35,416 nucleotides of DNA from Toensbergia leucococca (taxonomy: Eukaryota), in assembly GCA_022813965.1 (NCBI GenBank), contig JALDZS010000224.1:1-35416 (forward strand), given 5' to 3'. Shown piece after piece: positions 1 to 12,270 of the stretch. Both the position numbers and the translations under genes were made by a program. The first letter of the stretch is position 1, and every line of letters starts with the position of its first letter. A model generated the notes under the pieces. It had not been told where the DNA came from and made no database searches. It was given only the letters and a program-made list of their open reading frames with translations.

Positions 1-707
1 TTCTATGACAGTACCTAGTAAAAGAAACTTGTTGTGACTTTGTGAACACATACTTTATGCACACCGCCAAATTTCCACTACAGTCAATGCATCAGAGTAG
101 CATAATGTTGAATTCTTCATGAAGTCAATAAGACGGCATTGACTCTCAACTGAATATGAGTAGAATATGGTGCATGCCAGGGTATGATAAAGGTGTGCCT
201 CACTTCTGTCCACAATGACATAGAATACTGTTGTCATTTGAGACACTCATTTTTCTCATACTTCTTGAAGCTTTGCATTTGTGCCTTTTTGAGTGTGAAA
301 AGAGCGTCCTCATTAATTTTGTTGATGATATTCTGAGCCTGTTGACTCCTTTTGATGACTTTGTAGTCAGAGAATGATTCAGCGTTGATTGAGATTGACG
401 TAATGATCACCCCTGGCTCAGCCCTGAACACAAGCCCTATGCTCGGTTAATGCAGATCCGTAACTTTAATTTGCAAAATTGAGGATGAAAAAAATCTCAT
501 TGAGCTTCGAATACTCCGTATAAAGTTAATTATTCCAAAATAGAGGATTTATGACCACATATACATGAGATCACATGCCACACTGCAGATTTCTTTACTC
601 CACGAGATCTAAAACTTGAATCGCCATTTTGAATATTTCTTTAATCTGTAAAAGAATCTGCACCTTTACTCAATTCCCTACGCGACACAATTATATCTCT
701 TATTTGA

Positions 708-2403
708 ATGGCCTCACCAAAGCAGCAGCATCCCTCCAAGAATGGGGCTTCAGGCAGACTCTGGGGTGGCAGATTTACAGGTCTGGCACAGTAGCTCTTG
801 ATAGCATAATATGATTTCTAATGCTGTAATCCTCAGGCGCTGTGGATCCTATAATGATAGCTTACAACGAATCCATCAATTTCGATCGTGCCTTCTTCGC
901 CCAGGATATCGCCGGTTCAATTGCCTTTGCTCGAGCCAATATTGCTACTGGAATCCTTACCCAGGACGAATTTGCGACTATCGAGAAGGGCTTTGGCCAG
1001 GTCCTCGAGGAATGGCGGACCGGAAGATTTGAGATCAAATCCGGCATTGATGAGGACATTCACACAGCAAATGAGCGGAGATTGGGGGAAATAATTAGCA
1101 CGGAAATTGCAGGAAAGCTACACACGTAAATGCATTCCGTGTTAAGCTTTGGAAAACAAGAGCTAAAGTCATTGATAGAGGGAGGAGCCGTAACGACCAA
1201 GTCGCCACGGATTTGCGGCTTTGGCTTCGCGACCAGCTGCGGGAAATTGAACAACATCTCATCAATCTGCTTATGACCATTGCTCAGCGAGCAGAGGAAG
1301 ATATTGAATATGTCATGCCAGGCTATACCCACTTACAACGGGGGCAGGTAAAGTATACAAGTGAAAACAAGAGGTTGCTGCTAACTGTTAGCTAGCCTGT
1401 CCGCTGGAGTCATTGGCTGCTGAGTTACGGCACGTTCTTTTCTAATGACTTAGAGCGCTTACGCGAGGTCATCAAACATGTGAACAAGTCTCCTCTTGGC
1501 TGTGGTGCTCTTTCAGGCAATGCATTCTCCATTGATCGAAGAGCAATGGCAAAGGAGTTGGGTTTCGAAGGTTTGATCTACAACAGTATGGCAGCTGTAG
1601 CAGATCGAGATTTCATACTGGAAACAATGCAATGGGGATCGACCCTAATGCTACACATATCACGCTGGAGTGAAGATCTTATTCTGTATAGCACTACAGA
1701 GTTTAGCTTTGTTCGATTAGCAGATGCATATACTACTGGTAGCTCGTTAATGCCACAAAAGAAAAATAGTGCTTGTCCCCTTTCCTACGCATCGTTTCAG
1801 AGTATTCACTAATTCTGTATAATCAGGCGATTCTTTAGAACTGCTCCGCGGCAAATGTGGCAGGGCTTTCGGTCAGATGGCGGGACTAATGATGTCTATC
1901 AAAGGAATCCCATCAACTTATAACAAGGATTTGCAAGAGAGCGTCGAACCTATGCTTGATCATGTCAAGACACTAAAAGACAGCATCATCATAGCAGGCC
2001 GCGTGCTATCGACATTGACGACGTTCCCAGAGAAGATGTTGGCCGCACTTACACCTGATATGCTGGCGACTGATCTCGCTGAATATCTAGTGAGAAAAGG
2101 TATGCTATGTTGTCTCATCTGTACCACTCCTAAGTCGGGTCTAATATTGGATTAGGCGTACCATTCAGAGAAACCCACCACATCGCTGGTAGAGTAGTTG
2201 CACTGGCTGAGAATGAGGGAAGTCCAATGGATAAATTATCGATTAAACAGCTACAGGAGATAGATGATAGGTTTGATAGTGATGTTCTTGATGTATTCAA
2301 TTATGATCGTTCTGTTGAGATGAAGTCTGCGGTGGGGGGAACAAGCAGGTCGGCTGTCCAGGAGCAAATTGAAATTCTCCAAGATCTCATTCAAGGAACT
2401 TAG
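708..2403 (+). CDS. ARG4: Argininosuccinate lyase, 6 exons (708-780, 837-1125, 1179-1347, 1396-1768, 1827-2099, 2156-2403)
   Basis: Hand-spliced translation gives [39 protein letters not shown], the fumarate-lyase signature [10 protein letters not shown] and GVPFRETHH. All five introns are GT..AG and keep the frame; stop TAG at 2401-2403. Confidence 0.97.
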
Positions 2404-2765
2404 CTAGGCCTAGAAAGTTGAACACAGAATCGCAGCTGTACACCATTCAAACGAGGAGAGGATCAAGTTCGAGTTTCTAAGAAAAGCTCGCGTAAATAGA
2501 CCCTTGCTTGACTAGACCCCAATATGGCTTAGTGCGACTGGTCTTGCATGAGGTGTGGTCAAAGAATCACCCATGTCTTTCGAGCAGCGCAGGTCGGCTA
2601 CGAGTACTTGATCTATCGAGCTATCACTCCGTACGGATACCAAGGCCTCGTGTACTGCATGTAGGAGATGCCTCATAACAGATATTGTTAGCTGAGCCTA
2701 CATAGCACCGCCTATTGATTCCCATTTGATCAGCATCCGGTGCCTGCTGGCACTCGACCTAAGGC

Positions 2766-4756
2766 ATGGGCATCTGCGGTTCATCATGTTGGAAAGGTAC
2801 TTAATTTTCAATCATCGTCTTGATAATCACATCTTGACGAGGTGGCCATGTCCTAGGTCGTTCGAAAGATGGCTTGTACGAGCCTGCACTAGCAGACAGT
2901 GAACGGGAGGCAGTGGCCGACTTACTCCAATACCTAGAGAATGTACGTGACTCGGCCTTCGAGAATGTCAGGCTTGGTGTTAATTCAGTCTTAGCGCGGC
3001 GAGACTGATTTCTTCTCCGGGGAACCGCTACGATCGTTGAGTACTCTTGTCTACTCGGAGAATGTCGATCTTCAACGGAGTGCCAGCTTGACATTTGCGG
3101 AGATTACAGAGCGAGGTACGCCTGAATCTACCTCGACGAAAAGCAACCTATTGATCTAACACCTATAAGATGTCAGGGAAGTTGAACGGGATACACTCGA
3201 GCCGATTCTCTTCCTCCTCCAGAGCTCCGACATCGAGGTACAGCGGGCTGCGAGTGCTGCCTTGGGAAATCTGGCCGTCAATAGTAAGACAAGATATAAT
3301 TTAGTTAGAGATACGCTGACACATCAGCAGCTGAAAATAAGGTTTCCATTGTTCTCCTTGGTGGTCTCTCGCCCTTGATACGGCAGATGATGTCCCCGAA
3401 TGTTGAGGTCCAGTGCAACGCAGTGGGCTGCATAACCAATCTGGCTACTCACGAGGACAACAAAGCAAAGATAGCAAGATCTGGAGCATTGGGGCCTTTG
3501 ACTAGACTAGCAAAATCCAAAGATATGAGGGTTCAGAGGAATGCAACTGGAGCTTTGTTGAACATGACTCATTCTGGTAATTAAAAGACGTCACGTTAGA
3601 GGCAAATTCCTACTGACAGAAAGCACAGACGATAACCGACAACAGCTCGTAAACGCCGGTGCTATCCCAGTTCTTGTACAACTACTCTCTTCTCCTGACG
3701 TGGACGTTCAGTACTACTGCACAACAGCACTTAGTAATATTGCGGTTGACTCGGGGAACCGCAAGAAGCTCGCGCAGACCGAACCTCGTCTTGTTCAATC
3801 CCTTGTTCATCTCATGGACTCGTCATCGCCAAAAGTTCAATGCCAAGCCGCATTAGCTCTCCGAAATCTTGCCTCTGACGAAAAATATCAGTTAGAAATA
3901 GTTCGAGCACGAGGACTTCCTCCCCTTCTTCGACTTCTACAATCCTCTTACCTTCCTCTCATTCTGTCTGCAGTAGCTTGCATTCGCAACATATCTATAC
4001 ACCCGCAGAATGAATCCCCGATCATTGATGCTGGATTTTTGAAGCCTCTGGTCGAGCTTCTAGGTTCCACAGACAACGAAGAGATTCAGTGTCATGCTAT
4101 CTCAACGTTACGCAATCTTGCTGCTAGCTCCGACCGTAACAAACAATTAGTGCTGGAAGCTGGAGCCGTGCAGAAATGCAAACAATTGGTGCTCGACGTG
4201 CCCCTGAGTGTACAATCCGAGATGACCGCAGCAATCGCCGTATTAGCATTGAGCGATGAACTCAAGACTCATCTCCTGGATTTGGGAGTATTCGATGTCC
4301 TCATTCCGTTGACAACTTCGGAGTCCATCGAGGTACAAGGGAACAGCGCAGCAGCTCTAGGAAATTTATCATCAAAAGGTATGGATCTAGTTTAGGTAGC
4401 GAGTGTTATGCTAATACAGAGTAGTCGGTGATTACTCAATATTCATTCAAGACTGGACAGAACCGAATGGTGGTATCCATGGTTATTTGAACCGTTTCTT
4501 GGCCAGCGGAGATCCCACCTTCCAGCACATTGCAATCTGGACCTTGCTACAACTTTTAGAGTCCGAGGATCAAAAGCTCATCGGCCTAATCTCAAAGTCG
4601 GACGATGTTATTCAAATGATCAAGACCATCTCGGATAAGGAAAAGGAATTGGACGATGAAGATGGAGAAGATGGAGAAGGTGAGGTTGTGGCGCTGGCAC
4701 GCCGATCCCTCGAGCTCCTCGGGAAAGGGCCAAAGTCAACATTGGTCGAAGGCTGA
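2766..4756 (+). CDS. VAC8: Vacuolar armadillo-repeat protein Vac8, multi-exon
   Basis: N-terminus MGICGSSC (Gly2 myristoylation and Cys palmitoylation pattern), then [31 protein letters not shown] and ARM repeats ([29 protein letters not shown]). Stop TGA at 4754-4756. Confidence 0.96.
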
Positions 4757-5178
4757 AGTATGCATTTGATTCTTTCAAGTTCTGTCCGACGGCCGCTGGA
4801 AATGTTGATACTTCTACTTTAGGCGCTGTTGCTTGTATTGCTGCAGGGCGTTCGGAGCGATATTTCAAGTTCGGACATCCCAGATTAGCATTATTGAGCG
4901 GGAGTCAGGAAGGGCCTCTACATGACGAGGAAAGGGAAGGGAAGGGGATGCTTGACTAATGTGCAATTGGTCCTTTCAGACGCTGACTTCCCTTCAACTT
5001 TTGATATTAAATCCACATACTTTTTTCGATGCAGTAAAAATAGTGTAGTGCAGATCTCATGTCTGCCCCAAACAAATACCTAAACATTTTTGACTCGACA
5101 AGATTATGGAAAATCCGTATTCTTATGCCAAACGACGAACATCCTAACCATTTTCCCCATCCTCCACCCAATTACAAA

Positions 5179-6125
5179 ATGTCCCTCCCCACACTCTCCC
5201 ACCCAGGCCTCCTCCTCGGCCCTTCAACCAGATACCTTCCCGGTCCCGGCACCCACGTCCACGCCTCCCAAATCTACGCCTCCCTCGCTGGCCCCGTCCT
5301 CCTCACCCCCCCACCACCCCGCTCCACTACCACTTCCACTTCCACTTCCGACCATCCCTCCACCACCACCACCACCCAACCAACCCTCTCCATCCCCCGC
5401 CTCTTCTCCAACACATCCGCCCTCCCCGCCGTCAACACCATCGTCCTCTGCCGCGTCACCCGCATCCAAAGCCGGCAAGCTACGGTGGCGATTTTGATCG
5501 TCGAGGAGGATGACGAGGACGAGGGAGGAGGGGGAGGGGGCTGGGGAAAGGGAAAGGTTTGTGGGAGTGGAGGGGGCGGGGGGTTTGCGGGGGTGGTGAG
5601 GAGGGAGGATGTCCGGGCTACGGAGAAGGATCGGGTTGTTCTTGGGGAGAGTTTTCGGGTTGGGGATTTGGTTAGGGGGGTTGTGGTGTGTTTTTTTTTC
5701 TTCTTTTTTTGGGGGGGTTGATTCTCATTTTGTTTTCTTTGATTTCTTTTTGTATTGTTTTTTTCTTGGGGAGCCCCCAGGAAGGGGGGCGCTTTGGTTT
5801 CCCCTTCCCCCCCCTCTCCCCCTTTCACCGCAAACAACTTTCTACAGCGACTGCATAGTCCGAACACCCTTCAACCGCTCATCACTGACTTCTTTCCCCC
5901 CTCTTCCCCCTTTAAATTTGGGGGGGGCCGGGGGGTCGCGCACACCGCAAACAGATCAGTCTAGGCGACCAATCCCACTACTACCTCAGCACCGCCCGCA
6001 ACGAGCTCGGCGTCGTGATGGCGTGGAGCGAGGCGGGCGAGGCCATGGTGCCGGTTAGTTGGAAGGAGTTTGAGGTACCCGGGACTGGGGTGAGGGAGGG
6101 GAGGAAGGTTGCGAAACCTTTTTGA
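5179..6125 (+). CDS. CSL4: Exosome cap subunit Csl4, exons 5179-5685 and 5955-6125
   Basis: PGPGTH, LPAVNTIVLCRVTRI, GVVRREDVRATEKDRV, SFRVGDLVRGVV spliced to ISLGDQSHYYLSTARNELGVVMA, and C-terminal EGRKVAKPF are typical of Csl4. The phase-0 intron 5686-5954 keeps the frame. Confidence 0.93.
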
Positions 6126-6877
6126 GGGGGGGTTGCTCCCGGGGGTTTTGGGGAAGGGGGTAGGGGAGAGGGCAAGGGGAAGGGAAGGGGAGGGGGAAGG
6201 GGAAGGGGTGTTGAGGTTTGTTTTCCTTGGCTGCTGGGGATGAGGGTGTGGGTTTGGGTTTTTTTTCAAGGCTGATGTGCTCTTTTTTTTGGGTAGGTGG
6301 GGAGGGAGGGTGCTGTGTCTGGATATCCCCCGCTTATCTGAGTTTTTTCCTTTTTTTCTCTCCTCTTGGCACCTTTCTGGATCTAGATTCCCCCTCTCTC
6401 CTCCCCCCCAATTTCTCAATCCCCCTTTCTTCTCTCCTCTCCTCTCTCCTCCCCTCCCACAACCTCCTCAGTATACATCGTCCGACGGCCTCAGTGTCAG
6501 ACGTGTTTGTCAACGGAGGCAGAACGAAGCACACAACCCTCACCTATGGTCAAAAAAGATCTCTCTGACTTTTATTGTTGGATGGGATGTGTCGGTTTGC
6601 TCTGTTGGGCGGTATGGAGGAGCCTGGCCTATGTGGATGGATATATATTTTTACTTCTTGGGGGGAGGATTTGGAGGGTTGGGGGGGGGGGGCGGGGGCT
6701 GAATAGGGTTGAGAAGGAGGAGGGGAGGGTTGTTGAAATGTTCCTTTTAGTATGTATCACATGGTGCAATGATAGTTCTTTCTCAAACCAAAAAAGATCT
6801 CATCAAGTAAGATATAATATTTGAAAGTACTCCTATAAGCTACAACCCTCCCGCCACAAAAAAACCAACAGACTATC

Positions 6878-8205
6878 CTACCTATAGCGCGCACCATCCT
6901 TCTTCTTATACGGCAAAGCCTCCACCTTCTTCCGCGTATACTCCACCTCCGCGCCCTCAATACCCGCTCTGCTCATAACCCCCGCAGTCCCCTCGTCCCA
7001 CTTACTCCGGAACAAATGCACCCCGACGGGCTTGACAAGGAACCGATCGTTGAAGCCGCGGAGATTGAACCCCTCCCTCTCCACCTTCTCTCTCACAGCA
7101 TTGACATCCAAAGCCTTCCCTTCCGACTGCTGCAAGATGAATATCGACATGCGATGATACGGTGTTCCCTTCTGCGCATACGGCACCAGCCACGGGAGCA
7201 CAACTTGCGCCTTCCCATCCAGCGTTGAAAAAGGCACCGAGGTGAGCGTTGGCGAAATCGGCACATTCACCGCCAGGAACAGACACCGGTACCTAAACCC
7301 ATCCGTCTCCAAATTGGGCACATCCGGGTCCACAACCGCCACGCTGACCAGCCTTTCGCCCTTGTCAAAAACCTGCACTCTCAATTTTGCGGGCACTTCG
7401 CTGACGCGCGAGTCGACGAATTCGCCGGGTTGGACGTTGCGGCGGCCGAAGGCGAGCTTGACTTCTGCGACGGGGTCGAGGTGGGGGAGGATGTCTGGGA
7501 CGAGGTGCATTTGGGTGATGCGTTGCATGAGAAGGAGACGTTTGTAGGAGCGCCATTCGCGGTCAGCGAGGTAGCGGTAGATGGGGCGGTTCATGTCGCC
7601 TGGAGAATAGGGGTGTAAGCTTTCTGCTACTGTATGAGGGGGGGCGTGTTTCGTGAGAGGGGGGCCTCACCTTCATTGTCCTCGAATCTCTTCTTGATGA
7701 TCGGATCGTTGATGTCGGCCAGTATCTTCAGCTCCTCTAGGTACTTTTGCATGGCTACTAAGCGGCCCTTCTTGCTCGCCTGACCGCCCGACACGGCAAC
7801 GTCTGCTGCTTGTACGTTGGCGATCCGTTTTCTTTGCACTTCTATTTGCTTTAGCTTTTCCTCTCGATCGGCTTGTAGGATCTTGCGGGCTTCTTGGAAG
7901 CATTGGTAGGGTAATTGCTCGAAGGGGATGTTCGTGGTGATCGGCAGTGTTGCGCGGCGCCGTCTCGATCCAATGAGATGGGTTCCGGTACTGTTCAGCT
8001 GCCGTTCTTCCTTGCGCGTGCTGACGAGAGATGGGTCGAGGTCTGGAGGGGGAGTTGTAGTGCTTTGGAGATGAGCTTCTTCCTGGCGTGGTGAGCTTGT
8101 TGTCAAGCTGCGAAAGGTATAGAAGGGTGTGCAATGGAATTCTTGTCTTGCTGCTTGGCGTAGGCACCTTAGAGCAGGGCGAATTGTGTAGGTGGCTGAT
8201 GACAT
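6878..8205 (-). CDS. MRPL35: Mitochondrial large ribosomal subunit protein mL38 (PEBP-like domain), exons 8205-7671 and 7599-6878
   Basis: Targeting-peptide-like N-terminus, GSRRRR, PFEQLPYQCFQEA, DINDP, DMNRPIYRYLA, LMQRITQMHLVPD, VDPDVP and PYHR motifs. GT-AG intron at 7670-7600. Confidence 0.93.
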
Positions 8206-11200
8206 GTTGAGCGTTTTGCTCGATGAATTCCTAGCATGAAATGCCGTGGTCAAATTTCGCCAAGCATCTTCAGTAGCAGCCTAGAATAGAATAACCTAGG
8301 GGTACGAGGGGAGTCACAGGTAACAATCTAAACCCTTTTGGGATCAAGTTCCAGTTTTTGAAAATGACAATTCAGCCACACCCTTATTCAAAACTCTGAA
8401 TGGGTGATTCCTACGGAGTACTCGGTAAGCTCTTATGAATATGACTACAATTCTGAAAGACATTCGAAAACCACTTTTCATATATGTTATGGAGATTGAG
8501 AATTAGTTGTCAATAAACAATTTTCTGTCAGACCAGATTCCTCAAACACAAATCTCGATTTGCGGGGACCGATGGATTTCAGGGGGGTCTTGCTGTACCA
8601 ATGGTGTTGAAGGGGAGTCAGGGGCTTGATTGGATTAGAGGACATGTGGTTAGAGAAAGCTTTTTTTTGGTAGATTCTGCGATCTTTTTCTTAAATCAAA
8701 GTCTTCCGGGATTTAGAAATCATCTTTCTGAGACAATTGAGGTATAAAGAAACAGTGCAGGACTGGCTTGACAAAACCAGATTGAAAGATGGGTGATTTA
8801 TTTTGCTCGCTATGGCATTGGAGCTGTAGTGGCGATTTTAGTTGATTAATGAGATTTCTTCATGTGTTAGAATACTGATTGAAACATGGAACAAAAGAGA
8901 CTTCCTTAGTAACTCAATCAGTCCATTGATCAACCAAGACAAAGAATGTCTAAGTACAAGAGGGGCTCATGTCTTCTGCTTCTTTCTATGCATAGGCCTC
9001 GTCCAATTGTTTTCGTTGGCAATAGGTAGCTGCTTCTCAAAAATAGAGACCAGACCACACTTCTGGTTCATTACTACGCATGGTAGACAGGTAACCTTGC
9101 GAACACTGAAGACATCGTACAACGATCTAGCGCCGATTCTTGGGCCCGATGAGGCTGTCACCATGCTGGTACCTCAATATCGAGAGGATACGCCATCATC
9201 ATCCATGGATCTGCTGGGAAAATGGCTTTGTATCAGCCGAGTTCGTTGCCGGGAAATGCTGATGAGCTTTCGTGGGATGTGAGTGTCATTGTGAAGCAGA
9301 TGTTCCTTGCATTGTGGACAACTGCAAAGCAAATGCGATATAGACAACCGGGATGTTCCGAAGAAGGAACGTGTTGGGAATCTGGTATTGTTCGAACACC
9401 AGGCCTTGTTCGAAAGTAATTATTAGATGGCCAAATGGCCATGGCGAATCATCATAAGTGGACGAATGGGTAATGGTCATAGTTACAACGATGATGTTAG
9501 TACAAGACAAAGCGGAATTGAAGCGTTCGACGTGCCTACAACTACAAGCTTTTATCTTAGCTTCAGGACGGATCGAGGGATGTTTATCGGAACTCTCTTT
9601 GGCCAGAGGAGCCGATGTACCTGATATGCTAGCGTATTTAGCTCGTCTTCTTGCGGGTTTGGTTAACTCAATAAGAAGCAGTGAACCTAAACATTGTTAG
9701 ACCCATAATAATCATTGCCCTGCGTACGCCATTCCAAGATAGCCGAATACGCAGACACACAAGATTCAGTATCAAAGGTAGAAGAGTGATGATATCTCTG
9801 ATTTCCTCACTTGCAACAAAGATCCATTTCATGCATATTCAATCGATTGCTTGGCAACGTCTTGGTAACCCTAAAAAAAGATGGGAGGGCCAAGAAATAT
9901 ATTACTGGAATGAAGAGATTTCCAACGAAGCCTTCAGATCGATGTTTTCCGTCCAATCTGACGGTACTCGAAAATTATAAAAGTTACATGGTGGGGTTCT
10001 TGTGGTAGTGGGGAAAATTCACATTTTGTGCGAGTTTTAAACATTAAGCTCCGCCAATCAGCTGCCTGCCGACATCAAAACTCCCCGAACAAACAAACGC
10101 TAACAAACAAAACGCTAACCGATCAACTCCGACCTGGTGGGGTATTGCCGTAGTACAATATAGGAAAGGCACACGCCGGTTTTTAGTGGAGATCTGTGAT
10201 TCTGAGGGCAAACGACTGATCAGAGAACACCCGCACCTCTTTCACCAGCGCACAGGGTATCATGAGGTCGGTAGGAAACCTTAATCCAGCAATCGGTAAT
10301 GCCTCCGACCGCCTCCATGCAGGATGAGTCGATCAAGGGTCCAACAAGGAAGGGGTCCTCAGCCTCACCAAGCTGGAAAACGCCGACCTGGACGAGGGAC
10401 CGAGCTGTAAGTCTCGAGTAGCACTTTCGTCTCCTACTCTGTTTGTAAGCGGCGTGCTGCATATGTGGCTATCCATACCGTCGTCTTACCCCGAAGTGTT
10501 ACCATATTGTCATAGAACGCCTTGCCTCGGTCGTGTTACCCCTTGCTTGACTTGAGACGCGCTCAGTGTGTATGACAGAATGGGCAAGTCCCGCCGGCGA
10601 CAATATAGCGTTCATGGGGCGCTTTGGAACACCGTCCTTCGCTACTTCCATCGATTGTTGTCTTGAAAAAATGGATACCTGGATCGGCGCACGAAGTGTA
10701 GATGTAGTAATTCCTGTAGTACCCACACATGACGGGAAGATAGGTATCGGTAAGGATATGTTGATTGGAGTGAAACGGGATGAAGGAGATGTAACACTCT
10801 AATGATTCTAAACGTCAAGGTCAGTCTACAGACGACGTCCAAGGACGTAAAAGACTCACATGTCTTTGCACGAGCACGGAAGGATTAACTTAGTGGAGAT
10901 GAAGAGTTAGTCTGGATCGGCAGTGCTATAGATTTGGTCCCTGGACTGTATCTTATATGCCGGCTGCGAAAGAGACAGCTGCAGTCCTAGCCCCTTAAGA
11001 TGCACATCCGTCGTCCTTGCTTCGGGCATGCCGGTACCTCGACAGCTCAATACGAGCGCACATGGGTACATGGGGGCTTCCAAGAGATGGTCCGTGTCGA
11101 TTGCCTTTTGAGCACAAACGGTGAATATTCCAGACGTTGTCCTGGGTATTGGCGATGAATTAACATCCGCAATGACGAGGGTCATCCAAGTTTCGCACGA

Positions 11201-12270
11201 ATGGCATGACTATCCAGTGGTAGTGCTGTCAACCGACGGTCAAAGCACAGACTAGATATGTTAGGGTGATCAAGCAGGTTAGGCCAAAGAAGGTTTGACA
11301 GGTTCCAAGACCATGAATGGAGTTTGATTAATTGCCGGGTTGGAGCGGGAGAAGCGGTTGTGGTGAAGCTGGCTCGACTCACTCCGGGCGTGTGATTGGG
11401 CAGCAGCTGATGTGATGTGAAACGCTGAGAAAAAGGAAAAAGGAAAAAGGAAAGAGAGAAGGGAGCATGTGTCCGAGTGTCCATGTCATGTGGCGGATAG
11501 TGGATCGTGGATTGTGGAGAAGGGCCAAATGGGATTGTGTGATGTCGAATGGGATCTTTCCGAGGCCAGAGGAAGAAGCCATCAGTCAGATCTCGATGTC
11601 ACTTCCTGCTAGACCTAAAAGACGCAAAAGACATGACTACGGTGCAAGCCTCATCACACGGAATGCACCGGACACTCGGGTTGATCGGCGGGAGAATTAT
11701 AAGCGAGGAGGGCAAACCCTGGAAAGATGGTATTGCGGTCCGCGTCGCATGTCGCTTGTAGGTGTAGAAAGGAAATGGAAGGAAAGAAGGGAGAGAAGGG
11801 AAGGGGAGGGGGAGAGTCAGAGATGAGTAACGTGGGGTGTAGTCGATAGCGTTAGATCATCTCTGAAGATATCGATACTAACCATCGATTCAAACGGTCC
11901 GAAAAGTCTAGGTACCTCTACTGCACAATCGCCGCCCAGCCAACCAACCAACTAGAACTAGAATCTTATACGGCGACCATGCCCAATCTTTGACTTCTGG
12001 CTTACAAATCATCTCCTTCCTCAAAGGTGCAACTCTAATCAGATCAAAACACGAGACACATCGTCGCTCTCTTACTGCTCGTACGTTACTCCTCCATGAC
12101 AGCAGCCTCCACCCTCATTGTTCTTTAGACCATTCGTCATCCCTGCACACATTCGTTACATTCCACGCAATCGCTTGCATCTGACTTTCCTATCCTGTCT
12201 CCTCTGCTGCTGCCTCCCTCTGGACTACGTACCACCAGTGACATCCGCCGTCCCCTTGACACGACTGACC

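Noticed and set aside
1..440. Two short minus-strand ORFs in AT-rich, CpG-poor DNA
   Set aside because: No recognisable domain. Possibly a decayed repeat or gene, but not supportable from the sequence.
5090..6824. Many overlapping Pro-, Gly-, Phe- or Lys-rich ORFs on both strands
   Set aside because: By-products of stop-poor skewed composition around CSL4.
9866..9874. Perfect TAACCCTAA (canonical telomerase-template-like 9-mer) on the plus strand
   Set aside because: A single 9-mer is plausible by chance in 35 kb, and no accompanying pseudoknot or enclosing helix was found. It should be re-examined if the telomeres prove to be TTAGGG.
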